64,000 bases of DNA from Candidatus Poribacteria bacterium (GTDB taxonomy: Bacteria > Poribacteria > WGA-4E > WGA-3G), in assembly GCA_965215265.1 (NCBI GenBank), contig OZ244048.1:4192001-4256000 (forward strand). Reading direction: 5' to 3'. Within the stretch, counting starts at the first letter, position 1. Every line of letters starts with the position of its first letter. A program made the translations under genes and the position numbers. Shown one piece after another: positions 50,676-61,095 of this stretch. The notes beneath the pieces were generated by a model. The model was not told the origin of the DNA. It did no database searches and was given only the letters and a program-made list of their open reading frames with translations.

Positions 50676-52091
50676 ATGACAGACAAACCGAACATTGTTT
50701 ACCTCCTCGCAGACCAAATTCGGGCGTGTTCGTTGCCAGCGTACGGTGAAACGCAGATTGAAACCCCACACATCGACAAACTTGCACAGCAAGGCACCCT
50801 CTTTTCCAATGCCATTGCGACGGCTCCAGTTTGCACACCCTATCGCTCTATGCTCTTGACAGGCCGCCATCCACAGACGACAGGGCATCTCATTAATTTT
50901 GTCAAAACCCGCCACGATGAAATCGGTATCGGTGATGTTTTTAGCCGCAACGGCTACCAGACAGCATGGATAGGTAAATGGCACCTCCACACCGGTTCGT
51001 TTCCTGAAATTGGCGGACGGGATTACGTCCCCGAAGGACGCGACCGGCTCGGATTCCAACATTGGCGCGGTTACAATTTCCACACCGACTATTTCAACGG
51101 CACAGTTAATCTTGACAATTGGCAAAACGAAAGATGGAACGGCTACGAGACGAACGCACTTAACCGATACGCCTTTCAGTTTATGGATAACTTGCATGAC
51201 GATGCACCGTTCTGCTTGTTCATCTCACCGCACCAAGCGCACTTCACACCCTACGAATTTGCACCGCAAGAATACTATGAGCGGCTGCCCCCGCAACTCC
51301 ACTTACCCGATAACGTACCAGATTCAATTCGCACAGAGGCGCTACAGATTTACCGGCATTACCTCGCCATGACGTTAACTGTAGATGATATGCTCGGGGA
51401 ATTAATGGCCTACCTTGAAAGAAGCGGACGTGTTGAAAATACGCTGCTAATTCTCGGGTCGGACCACGGCACACAAGGTGGCGCGCAAGGCATCAATTTC
51501 TGGGCAAAAAAGCAGCCCTACGAGGAATCTATCAAAGTTCCACTGATGATGCGCCTACCCGGCGTTTTTGACGCGGGCAGCGTCTGCGATACCCTCATAT
51601 CACCTGTAGATGTGTTTCCATCTCTTTGTGGTTTATGTGGTATTCGTCCACCTCGTACAATCGAAGGCTATGATTTATCTACCTCATGGCGTGGCGAAGT
51701 GGATGCATTTGAACAGAATGCGCTACTGACAATGAATTTTGGGAAAACCTACGATTATCTTGTCGACGGAGATGAGTGGCGCGGTGTGCGTACAAAAACA
51801 CACAGTTACGCGCAGTGGCTTAACGGCAGACGCGTCCTGTACGACTTACAAGCAGACCCACTACAGTTGACGAATCTCATTGATAGTCCCCAGGCAAAAA
51901 CACTCGCAGACGAAATGGAACACACCCTCTTGAAATTGATGGATGCCCGAAATGACAAACTGCAACCAGCGACAAATTACAAGGATTGGTATGATGCACA
52001 ACGACGCATCGTCCATAATGCCCACGGACCCCTTGGAAATCCTGAAGACAAACCAGACTGGTCACTCTTGCTGAATCCCGTGCATTTTTGA
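50676..52091 (+). CDS. Sulfatase
   Basis: PNIVYLLADQ, CTPYR (CxPxR), GKWH, SDHG; the track start at 50640 is inside the repeat. Confidence 0.9.
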   Translation: MTDKPNIVYLLADQIRACSLPAYGETQIETPHIDKLAQQGTLFSNAIATAPVCTPYRSMLLTGRHPQTTGHLINFVKTRHDEIGIGDVFSRNGYQTAWIGKWHLHTGSFPEIGGRDYVPEGRDRLGFQHWRGYNFHTDYFNGTVNLDNWQNERWNGYETNALNRYAFQFMDNLHDDAPFCLFISPHQAHFTPYEFAPQEYYERLPPQLHLPDNVPDSIRTEALQIYRHYLAMTLTVDDMLGELMAYLERSGRVENTLLILGSDHGTQGGAQGINFWAKKQPYEESIKVPLMMRLPGVFDAGSVCDTLISPVDVFPSLCGLCGIRPPRTIEGYDLSTSWRGEVDAFEQNALLTMNFGKTYDYLVDGDEWRGVRTKTHSYAQWLNGRRVLYDLQADPLQLTNLIDSPQAKTLADEMEHTLLKLMDARNDKLQPATNYKDWYDAQRRIVHNAHGPLGNPEDKPDWSLLLNPVHF

Positions 52092-52348
52092 TAGCAATAT
52101 TGTTAAGTATTCCATCATAAAGCGCACCTGCAAATAATCAGGCGGCTCAATGAAACGTTAACTTCAATCTGTTCCGTTCACTTACATCATTAGAAGCAAG
52201 ACATCCCGCTACCCTAAGTTGACATAGAGTTACACATAAGTTTGCACAGCTCGCACATCTTTTTCTCAAGAAATTCTTGATTAAAAAAAGACGTTGTGTT
52301 AAAATATCACTGAATTTCTGAATTGGAGAATACGACTGAAAACAGAAT

Positions 52349-55300
52349 ATGAGTTTCCAAGAGATTATTTTAGCATTAGAAAAATTTTGGGCAGAGCAGG
52401 GCTGTCTTATCCAGCAACCTTACGATGTTGAGGTAGGAGCAGGCACGTTTAACCCTGCAACTTTTTTACGATGCCTTGGCCCCGAACCATGGCAGGCAGC
52501 TTATGTTGAACCTGTCCGCCGTCCAACTGATGGACGCTACGCCGAAAACCCTTTCCGCTTAGGAGCGTACTACCAATATCAGGTAATTTTAAAGCCCGCT
52601 CCAGAGAATGTTTTACCCCTCTATCTTCAGAGTTTACATCACCTCGGCATTTCCGCTCGCCACAACGACATCCGGTTTGTTGAGGACGACTGGGAATCTC
52701 CTACCCTTGGTGCCTCTGGCCTCGGTTGGGAGGTCTGGTGGAATGGAGCGGAGGTTACGCAATTTACCTATTTTCAGCAAATGGGCGGCATTGAACTCAA
52801 TCCGATTTGCGCCGAAATTACATACGGGCTCGAGCGCATCGCACTCTATTTGCAGGATGTCGACAGCTTCTTTAATATTCGCTGGAACGAAAACCTCTCT
52901 TATGGCGATGTCTATCGTCACAGTGAGATAGAGCACTCAATCTATAATTTCCAGCAGGCAAATGTTGAGATGCTTTTTGAACTGTTCTATACATACGAGA
53001 AAGAAACCTATGCTTGCTTGGACGGAGGATTGGTACTCCCGGCAACAGACTATGTGTTAAAGTGCTCGCATACGTTCAATATGCTGGATGCACGCGGGGT
53101 TATCAGTGTAACAGAACGTGTGAATTACATTGAACGAGTCCGGCGACTCGCCCAACAGGTCGCACGCGCTTATGTGAAACAGCGTGAAGAAATGGAGCAT
53201 CCCTTACTCGGAAAATGGAAAACCCAAGAGCCGTCCGATGTACAACACAAAACAGAGAACCCCTCCGACGAGATTTACACAAGTGACGAAAATCTAAACA
53301 GAGAACCCCTCCGACGAGATTTACACACGAATTATCAAAACAAACGCGATGACGGTACCGAGATAGACGAAAACACAAAAAACGAATTGCTTTTTGAAAT
53401 CGGTACGGAAGAAATACCAGCCAGTTACTTCCCGCCCGCATTGGAAAAACTCCGGCTTATGGCAGCCGAATCATTGATGCACCATAGGATCGAATTTGAC
53501 GAAGTCAAAACCTTTGGCACACCACGCCGCATCACACTTGCTGTTAAGGGCCTAGCAACACGTCAAAAAGATAAACAGATAGAGATAGTCGGACCCCCAA
53601 AACGTATCGCTTATGATAAAGAAGGACAACCAACCAAGGCGGCAATCGGCTTTGCCAAGACCCACGACGTGGCATTTGAAGCACTCCGTATCGTTGAAAC
53701 GCCCCGAGGCGAATACGTCGCAGTTACCAAACTCGAAAAAGGTATGCCAACCGCTGAAGTATTGAAAACGCTCATACCGGACTGGATTGAAAAACTCCGT
53801 TTTCCGAAAACGATGCGCTGGTTCAATGATGAGAAATCAAGCCGGAAACGGTTCGCACGCCCTATCCGATGGCTTGTTGCACTCTTAAACGAAAAAATTG
53901 TACCTTGCATCTACGGCTCGTTAACCGCAGGATGTCTAACGTATGGGCATCGTAACCTGCATCCAGAACCAATAATTCTTGAATCCGCTGCACTTGAGAA
54001 CTACATAACCGAATTGCGGAAGGCAAATGTAATCGTCCATCCAGAGGAACGGCGTCAGACAATCAAAAACCAACTCCTGAATATTTTAGAGGCAGAAAAG
54101 TGTCTCACTACAATTGATGAAGAATTATTGGATACAGTCAATTACTTGGTGGAAAACCCACAACCTATTGTAGGAAGTTTCAGCGAATCGCACTTAGTGT
54201 TACCACCTGAAGTATTGATCACCGCTATGAAGAAGCATCAACGCTATTTCCCGATGTGGAAATTGGGAGAGTCGTCCTCGAGCACCATACAAAACAGATT
54301 CATTACTATTTCCAATGGAACAGATGGGAATTTCGATGGCGTTCGTCACGGAAACGAACGCGTTTTACACGCTCGACTCAATGATGCCGAGTTTTTCTAC
54401 CGCGAGGACCAGAAAACTCCTTTTGCCGATAAAGTAGAACGGTTAGGGACCGTTGTTTTCCACGCGAAACTCGGTTCATTGCTGGATAAAGCCAAACGAC
54501 TTAAGGAATTGGTTCGGTTTATTGCGACAACACTACAGCTACCAGAAACAACGTGCTGCCACGCAGAACGTTGTGCTTGGCTCTGCAAGGTAGACTTGAC
54601 AACACAGTTGGTGATTGAATTTCCTTCCTTGCAAGGCATCGCAGGCAAATATTATGCACAGAACGCCGGTGAGACAGCACTTGTAGCGGACGGTATTGCT
54701 GAACATTATCAGCCACTCGGCGCGGATACTGCGAGCCCCGAAACAGAAGTCGGCGCACTTGTAGCCGCAGCCGATAAAGTGGATACCATCGTTGGATACT
54801 TTGGAATTAAGGAACGTCCGACAGGTTCACAGGACCCGTACTCGCTACGTCGGCATGCCCTGGGTGCCCTCCGTATTCTACAAGAACGGCGGCTGCCTCT
54901 CTCGTTCGATGCTGTTGTCAAAAAGGCAATATCGCTCTACAAAGTTGAATTGGCGACGGATACTGAAACAAGTGTCCTCGGTTTTATCAAGGAACGGCTG
55001 CGAGGCATCCTCCAAACACAAGGAAACTACGCCCCGGATGTGGCAGATGCCGTACTGGCAGTAAGCCATATCAATGTGCCGGATGTTTTAAAGCGCGCTG
55101 AGGTACTTGCAAAGTTTAAGCAGACCGCAAACGAATCAAAAAAAAGTTATAGTGACACGCACAGTCAGTTGACTTTGAATTTTGAACGCGTCTATAATGC
55201 ACTTAATCGAGTGTTGCGAATTTTACCGGAGACACCGCCGATAGATGTAGATGAAACACTTCTAATTGATGATGCCGAAAAAAGCCTGGCCGAGTTTATT

Positions 55301-55528
55301 AACACCGCGGAGCCGCACTTTGAAAAAAGCATTCAGGACGGAGACTATTTAGAACTACTCACACAGTTAGCGAAACTACAACCCGCAATAGATCGGTTTT
55401 TCGACGATGTTTTGGTTATGGCAAAGGAACCGCAAATACGACAGAACCGGTTAGCATTACTCAATCGAATCGCAAAACGCATCTATGCTATCGCTGATTT
55501 GACAAAATTGGTAATTGCAGGATATTAG
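52349..55528 (+). CDS. glyQS: Fused glycine--tRNA ligase alpha/beta
   Basis: Alpha part: [29 protein letters not shown]; beta part: [31 protein letters not shown]; single ORF. Confidence 0.95.
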   Translation: MSFQEIILALEKFWAEQGCLIQQPYDVEVGAGTFNPATFLRCLGPEPWQAAYVEPVRRPTDGRYAENPFRLGAYYQYQVILKPAPENVLPLYLQSLHHLGISARHNDIRFVEDDWESPTLGASGLGWEVWWNGAEVTQFTYFQQMGGIELNPICAEITYGLERIALYLQDVDSFFNIRWNENLSYGDVYRHSEIEHSIYNFQQANVEMLFELFYTYEKETYACLDGGLVLPATDYVLKCSHTFNMLDARGVISVTERVNYIERVRRLAQQVARAYVKQREEMEHPLLGKWKTQEPSDVQHKTENPSDEIYTSDENLNREPLRRDLHTNYQNKRDDGTEIDENTKNELLFEIGTEEIPASYFPPALEKLRLMAAESLMHHRIEFDEVKTFGTPRRITLAVKGLATRQKDKQIEIVGPPKRIAYDKEGQPTKAAIGFAKTHDVAFEALRIVETPRGEYVAVTKLEKGMPTAEVLKTLIPDWIEKLRFPKTMRWFNDEKSSRKRFARPIRWLVALLNEKIVPCIYGSLTAGCLTYGHRNLHPEPIILESAALENYITELRKANVIVHPEERRQTIKNQLLNILEAEKCLTTIDEELLDTVNYLVENPQPIVGSFSESHLVLPPEVLITAMKKHQRYFPMWKLGESSSSTIQNRFITISNGTDGNFDGVRHGNERVLHARLNDAEFFYREDQKTPFADKVERLGTVVFHAKLGSLLDKAKRLKELVRFIATTLQLPETTCCHAERCAWLCKVDLTTQLVIEFPSLQGIAGKYYAQNAGETALVADGIAEHYQPLGADTASPETEVGALVAAADKVDTIVGYFGIKERPTGSQDPYSLRRHALGALRILQERRLPLSFDAVVKKAISLYKVELATDTETSVLGFIKERLRGILQTQGNYAPDVADAVLAVSHINVPDVLKRAEVLAKFKQTANESKKSYSDTHSQLTLNFERVYNALNRVLRILPETPPIDVDETLLIDDAEKSLAEFINTAEPHFEKSIQDGDYLELLTQLAKLQPAIDRFFDDVLVMAKEPQIRQNRLALLNRIAKRIYAIADLTKLVIAGY
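53227..53373 (+). repeat. Repeat-family element inserted in-frame in the GlyQ-GlyS linker
   Basis: AAACAGAGAACCCCTCCGACGAGATTTACAC twice (53250 and 53296), then GACGGTACCGAGATAGACGAAAA. Confidence 0.9.
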
Positions 55529-55670
55529 AAATGTTTAAAGTTGGCAAAAGACTTCTTATGTAACGAAGCCGCTGAAACTTTAGCAGACTTTACCGATTTC
55601 ATAGTTTCTCTGTTTTAACACACTTTACTTCCTTGACGAGACTTTTTTACTAAATTTTGAGGTTTGCTGT

Positions 55671-58600
55671 ATGAAAAAATATACTATCAGGACGAGGTTT
55701 GCAAGTATATATTGCAAAATCTGCATCCATCTTATTCTGGTTGTTATACTAGCGTTTTTGATGGGATGCGGAGAGAAAGAGGATAAGGACATTATTGAGG
55801 CACGGAGCGCGATCGTTCGCGGAGACTATAATGCCGCACAGACAGCCGTTCAAAAGGCAGCTGCAAATACAAACCCTGCATCGCGAAATGCAAGTCAGGA
55901 GGCACGAATCATAAATAGTTTCCTGAAACTCCGCACTAACACCGAAACAGCCGATTGGCATAAAGCAATTACGCAATCGCTCGCGCATCTTGAAACATTG
56001 CATACTGACATCCATGCTATTTCGATGCATGAAGACCCAGATTCAGACGAATTAGACCGCAAAGAGCGCCTGATTCGCTCGCGAAACGCAATCTCCGGAC
56101 TCTTCATTATGGCGCTTGCTGATGCCGTCAAAAAACGTGTTGAATTGTTACCTGAGCTCATATCACCCGCTGCCAATCGTATACACACCAGTGCTTCAAT
56201 CATATCACTCTTAGAGACAGAAAAGTGTTATCAGCCCACAGTCCGAAAAACGCTCGCGCAACTGATGGAGAAACTCATCTCACCCGGAGGAAGAACTGCC
56301 GGTGCCAACTCCCCCATTGCAAAACTACTCATTCAGGAAACACAGAATACCGATACTGCAATCCGAAAAGAGGCAATATACCACCTGGGCACAATGCAGC
56401 ACACCGAATTCATCCCTATATTTGAGGCAGTGCTTGCCAAACCGGATGAAGCAACTGCCGTTGCATATAAGGCAGTAACAGCACTTGAGCAATTGAACGA
56501 TCCGGTAGTCGTTCCAGCCCTTCAGATGGCGTTGAAGAACGATAGCGCACAGGTCCGCATGCATGCAGCCAAACTTATCGGACATCACTTTCAAGCGTAT
56601 AGTGAAATGAATGCCGCCGAAGCAGAGACTATTGTCTACGAACTCCTCCGACTCCTCGCCGATTCAAACGGTTATGTCAGAGATACCGCTATAGAGGCTC
56701 TCAACCGTATTGGCGATGCTGCACTACCACTTTTATTGGAAGTGATAGAGACGCAAGCCCGGAACCTTATTCCAGATGAAGATACTGCCTCCCAGGCTGC
56801 TGCCCCCTCCACGGAATATCGATACATCGCCAGTGCGTATATTGACGATTCATGGATGAAAAAGTATCGGATTGGGGCACAAGCAGCGGCGATTAGCGCA
56901 CTAGGAAAACTCAAGTCCGAAGCAGGAGTCGCCCCGCTGATTGCACGCTTAGCAGATGAGGACTTGCAAGCTGATGCACTTGCTGCACTGATTGAGATGC
57001 AAGGCACCGCGATGAATCCCCTGCTGGATGCACTCAAAAATGGTACCACGAAGATCCGGGTGAAGGTAGCAGAGGCACTCGGCACTATAGGCGACCGGCG
57101 CGCGATAATGCCGCTTATTGACGCACTGAACACCGATTCTCACAAAGAGGTGAAGGCACTCGCAGCAAAGGCATTAGGAGATATGCACGCAAGAGGTAAG
57201 AATAATCTCGCAGTTACTGCCTTGACACAAGCGCTTACTTATGACGACACGACGGTTGCAAATGCGGCAGAAGCACTCGGCAAAATTAACGTACAGACAG
57301 AACGCGCCGTTCAAAAGCTGATTATAATCTCCATGGATAAGCAGCGTCGTGAAACCGTACGCTTAGCAGCTATTAACGCACTAGCGCAGCTCAAACCTCC
57401 CAAAGCTACACAACCCATGCTCTTGTTACTCCTCAGTGATGAAACCAGTCCCGTTATCCGGGCCAACGCCGCGAAGGTGCTGAGCCGAATTAAAGCACCG
57501 GAAACTGTCCCCGCGCTTCTATGGGTGTTGTCTACACAATTTGATGAAATTTCAGATTTCCAGCGATATATGAAACGTGAGTATAAAACACTTGACGGCC
57601 TCAGAATGCAAGTCGATTCCTTAAAGATTCAGTGGACAGCAGATTACCCCCGCGCAAACTATCGGACCTGGGGCGAACTTAAACCGATTCCGAGCCTCGT
57701 GCGGAGCGAAGTCGCGCGCACACTCGGTATCATAAAAGGGGATACCGTCATAGAACCCCTCATCCAAGCCCTTGACAAAGATCAGCGCGCAACCGTCCGG
57801 CAAAGTGCCGCCTGGGCATTAGGAGAAGTGAAGGGCGAACCTACAATCGCGCCCCTTGTAACCGCACTTAAAAAAGACAAGCAGGGGGCCGTTCGACAAG
57901 AAGCAGCGATCGCTTTAGGAAAAATTAAGGGACAGACTGTTGTCGCACCGTTGTTAGATGTACTAAAGAACGATAAATATGAAACCACGCGTCTGGAAGC
58001 AGCGAAGGCTCTCCGGGAAATTCAGAACGCAGATGAAGGACTCGTGGATATTATAAAGAAAGGTTTAGGCAGCTTTGATGAAGGCTATGAGGTGCAGTCT
58101 GTACAAAATGAAGTCATAGGTGCCTTAATCAAAGATGGTAATGCAGCTACAGCGCAATTTGCCCTTGACGCGCTCAAGACAGCTAATGATGAATGGACCC
58201 GATGGGCATTGGTACACGTGCTCGGTAGTACCGCCAAAAAACTTGCAGTTGACGCAATGGTGGCGGAATTAAACCATTCAAGTTATGTTATCCGCAAACG
58301 TGCAACCAAATCTCTCGGCGGTTTTAGAGAACGTCGAACCGTTGAACCTTTAATTGCGATGCTCACAAACGGTGATGAGATGAAATCTATTCGCGCAGCT
58401 GCGGCAGATTCGCTTGGCGTGCTTAAAGATGAGAGCGCAGCTACACCTTTGTTGGCTGCACTTGAGGATGAAAATGCTGAAGTACGTTTGCAAGCCGCAG
58501 CCGCCCTTGGAAAAATCCGGGATGCAAAAGCAGTCCCTAAACTGAGCACGATGGTTGAAAATTCTCTAGAGACAGATGAGGTCCGCGCAACTGCAGCGGC

Positions 58601-59633
58601 CGCACTTGGAAATATAGGGGACAAGACCGCTGAGGCTGTGTTAATGAAGGCATTAGACATCCGCGTCGGCAACATCGCAAATAATGCCATTGTTGCCCTC
58701 GGGCAGCTTAAAAGTGAGGCAGCACTCCCCAAATTAATTGCTATTCTTGAAGACAAACGGGTACCGTTAGATGCCAGCACGGATGCATTGGCGAAAACCT
58801 CTGCCCGGACAAAAGCGGCCATAGCCCTCGGTGAAATTGGAGGCGAGTTGGCAGCGGAAGCTATCGGGAAACGCCTAATTGACGATACGGAGTATATAGT
58901 CGCACTTCAAGATGAAGTAGAAAGACGCACTGTTGGGAACGACTCTTTGAAACGTAACTGGAACTGGGAGGGCTATGTCAATGCCGCCAAAAAACTTGAG
59001 TTACCTGCATTCGTCGCACCTAAAATGGCGGTACGCGCAGCAGATGAATGGGAAAGCCATCAGGTGCAAAACGCTGCAATGGTCGCTCTCGGAAAGTGCA
59101 GTGGACCTGAATTAACAGATGTATCACAATTTAAACAGCGGTTAACTGACCCGGATGTGGACATCCGAAAAGCTACCGCGCTCAGCATCGGTCAGGCAGG
59201 CATTGCCGTGCTTACACCAGACCTCATTCAGATTATGACAGGCCAAAGTGAAGCCGAAAAGGACGTGCGGCGCGCAGCCACCCAAGCACTCGGAGAATTC
59301 GCCGATATTGAAACAACAGACGTGCTCATTGAAGTGATGAACAACGATGAAAATCATGTGGAAATTCGGCGCGATGCCTCGCGTGCCTTAGGAAAAATCG
59401 GAATAGATAAGGCTGTCGATGCACTCGTTCAGAAACTCGCCGCACTCCATGAAACTCAACTCCTAAGAGGATTCCGGCTCGATCTCATCAAAGCTCTTGG
59501 GGATGCAAAGAACGCACGTGGCGTACAATTGCTTGAATTAATTCTCGAAGATCAGGATGCTGAAATTCACTTCCAAGCAGCATCCGCACTCTTTGAGATT
59601 ACAGGGAAAGGCTACGGCTATAATCGACTATAA
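55671..59633 (+). CDS. Large HEAT/PBS-lyase repeat lipoprotein
   Basis: Lipobox LMGC; many VRxxAAxALGxI repeats. Confidence 0.85.
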   Translation: MKKYTIRTRFASIYCKICIHLILVVILAFLMGCGEKEDKDIIEARSAIVRGDYNAAQTAVQKAAANTNPASRNASQEARIINSFLKLRTNTETADWHKAITQSLAHLETLHTDIHAISMHEDPDSDELDRKERLIRSRNAISGLFIMALADAVKKRVELLPELISPAANRIHTSASIISLLETEKCYQPTVRKTLAQLMEKLISPGGRTAGANSPIAKLLIQETQNTDTAIRKEAIYHLGTMQHTEFIPIFEAVLAKPDEATAVAYKAVTALEQLNDPVVVPALQMALKNDSAQVRMHAAKLIGHHFQAYSEMNAAEAETIVYELLRLLADSNGYVRDTAIEALNRIGDAALPLLLEVIETQARNLIPDEDTASQAAAPSTEYRYIASAYIDDSWMKKYRIGAQAAAISALGKLKSEAGVAPLIARLADEDLQADALAALIEMQGTAMNPLLDALKNGTTKIRVKVAEALGTIGDRRAIMPLIDALNTDSHKEVKALAAKALGDMHARGKNNLAVTALTQALTYDDTTVANAAEALGKINVQTERAVQKLIIISMDKQRRETVRLAAINALAQLKPPKATQPMLLLLLSDETSPVIRANAAKVLSRIKAPETVPALLWVLSTQFDEISDFQRYMKREYKTLDGLRMQVDSLKIQWTADYPRANYRTWGELKPIPSLVRSEVARTLGIIKGDTVIEPLIQALDKDQRATVRQSAAWALGEVKGEPTIAPLVTALKKDKQGAVRQEAAIALGKIKGQTVVAPLLDVLKNDKYETTRLEAAKALREIQNADEGLVDIIKKGLGSFDEGYEVQSVQNEVIGALIKDGNAATAQFALDALKTANDEWTRWALVHVLGSTAKKLAVDAMVAELNHSSYVIRKRATKSLGGFRERRTVEPLIAMLTNGDEMKSIRAAAADSLGVLKDESAATPLLAALEDENAEVRLQAAAALGKIRDAKAVPKLSTMVENSLETDEVRATAAAALGNIGDKTAEAVLMKALDIRVGNIANNAIVALGQLKSEAALPKLIAILEDKRVPLDASTDALAKTSARTKAAIALGEIGGELAAEAIGKRLIDDTEYIVALQDEVERRTVGNDSLKRNWNWEGYVNAAKKLELPAFVAPKMAVRAADEWESHQVQNAAMVALGKCSGPELTDVSQFKQRLTDPDVDIRKATALSIGQAGIAVLTPDLIQIMTGQSEAEKDVRRAATQALGEFADIETTDVLIEVMNNDENHVEIRRDASRALGKIGIDKAVDALVQKLAALHETQLLRGFRLDLIKALGDAKNARGVQLLELILEDQDAEIHFQAASALFEITGKGYGYNRL

Positions 59634-59639
59634 CTTTGA

Positions 59640-59898
59640 TTTTTCGTCTACTGTTTTCGTTCTTTCGTCCACAGGAGCCCGATACAAGGCTGCTGCAATG
59701 TTAAAACCTGTATAAATCTCGTCGGAGCCTTCTGATGCTTTGACTTCAAAAGACTATGCTTAAGTAGGCTCTGGCGAGATTTATCTATAGATTGGCAGGT
59801 AAAAGGTAATCTTTTCTCATGGACAGAGAAAGATACCTATCCTGCCAACACACGACTCATCAAAACAGAGACGTTGATGGTACGGAGATATACAAAAA
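59640..59898 (+). repeat. Palindromic repeat element with internal TGGCAGG...CCTGCCA hairpin cassette
   Basis: AAATCTCGTCGGAGCC...GGCTCTGGCGAGATTT, hairpin 59792-59848, right-arm tail. Confidence 0.85.
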
Positions 59899-59915
59899 GA
59901 CGAGGATAAAAAATT

Positions 59916-60239
59916 ATGGCTTTTTTTGAATTGCGACAGTACCGAACCAAACCCGGACAACGCGATAACTGGGTAAAATATATGGAAGAAACGGTTATCC
60001 CGTTTCAGATCTCCAAAGGGATGGTAGTCATCGGCAGCTTTGTCGGTGAAGAGGAAGACGATCTCTACATCTGGATTCGCAGGTTTGAAAGCGAAGAACA
60101 ACGTGAACGACTATACGCAGCTGTTTATGAAAGCGACCGGTGGATAAACGAAATCTCACCTCGTGTAGGCGAGCTACTCGATCGCGATAAAATCATCGTC
60201 ACACGGCTCGAACCTACTTCGCGCTCAGCACACCAATAG
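59916..60239 (+). CDS. NIPSNAP family protein
   Basis: FFELRQYRTKPG...YIWIRRFESE..R...YESD.W. Confidence 0.85.
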   Translation: MAFFELRQYRTKPGQRDNWVKYMEETVIPFQISKGMVVIGSFVGEEEDDLYIWIRRFESEEQRERLYAAVYESDRWINEISPRVGELLDRDKIIVTRLEPTSRSAHQ

Positions 60240-60300
60240 CTGCAGATCTTCCGTTTACTCTCGCGGTGTGTAAACACCGTCTTCACGGAGGGCTTTTCGA

Positions 60301-61047
60301 ATGAACGCTGAAGAAAAATACTTGTTTGATCTATGGGGGTATGTTAACATCGAAAACGTCTTGGGTGAGGAAGAATTGTCCCAACTGAATACCCTCATTG
60401 ATTCGCAGAACTACGCAGACCCAGTAGATGATGACGTTTATTCGCAACGGTTTGGCGGATTCCTGAGTTGGAAGGACGATGCGTTTCGAAAACTCCTTAA
60501 TCATCCGCGCCTTATGCCTTTCTTAGCTGAAATTGTCGGACCAAAATTCCGACTGGACCATGTCTATGGTATCTTGATGAAGGAAGGCAACCCCGGCGGT
60601 ACACTCCACGGCGGCGGTACCCCTTATGATCCCGCGCAATACTACGTCTTTCGGAACGGCAGGATGTATAATGGCTTAACCGTAGTTTCATGGGCACTCA
60701 CTGATATGCTGGAAGGCGATGGGGGGTTCTGTTGTATCCCCGGCAGTCATAAGAGCAACTATCCTTGTCCCTCTCAGTTTCGTCCAGTCAAAGACAACCG
60801 AACCTGTATGGTGCCTGTGCATCAAAAAGCAGGCGATGTTGTTATTTTCACCGAAGCATTGACACATGGGACACTCCCATGGACTGCAAAGCACCAACGG
60901 AGATCTATCCTATTTAAGTATTCGCCCGGGCATTCTTCATGGGGGCAAGGCAGGTACGATGATGATATTCGTGCTAAGATGGATTCCGAAGATCAGAAAT
61001 TGATGTTGGAACCACCTTACGTCGCAAATCGGAAACCGGTGATTTAG
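60301..61047 (+). CDS. PhyH family dioxygenase
   Basis: YLFDLWGY, GGFCCIPGSHK, FTEALTHGT. Confidence 0.85.
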   Translation: MNAEEKYLFDLWGYVNIENVLGEEELSQLNTLIDSQNYADPVDDDVYSQRFGGFLSWKDDAFRKLLNHPRLMPFLAEIVGPKFRLDHVYGILMKEGNPGGTLHGGGTPYDPAQYYVFRNGRMYNGLTVVSWALTDMLEGDGGFCCIPGSHKSNYPCPSQFRPVKDNRTCMVPVHQKAGDVVIFTEALTHGTLPWTAKHQRRSILFKYSPGHSSWGQGRYDDDIRAKMDSEDQKLMLEPPYVANRKPVI

Positions 61048-61055
61048 GTATGAGT

Positions 61056-61086
61056 TGGCGAGTGTTACACTTCAGCATACTCGCCA
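61056..61086. terminator. Hairpin between convergent genes (possible bidirectional terminator)
   Basis: TGGCGAGTGT/ATACTCGCCA stem; no clear T-tract. Confidence 0.35.
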
Positions 61087-61095
61087 TTGGTACGT

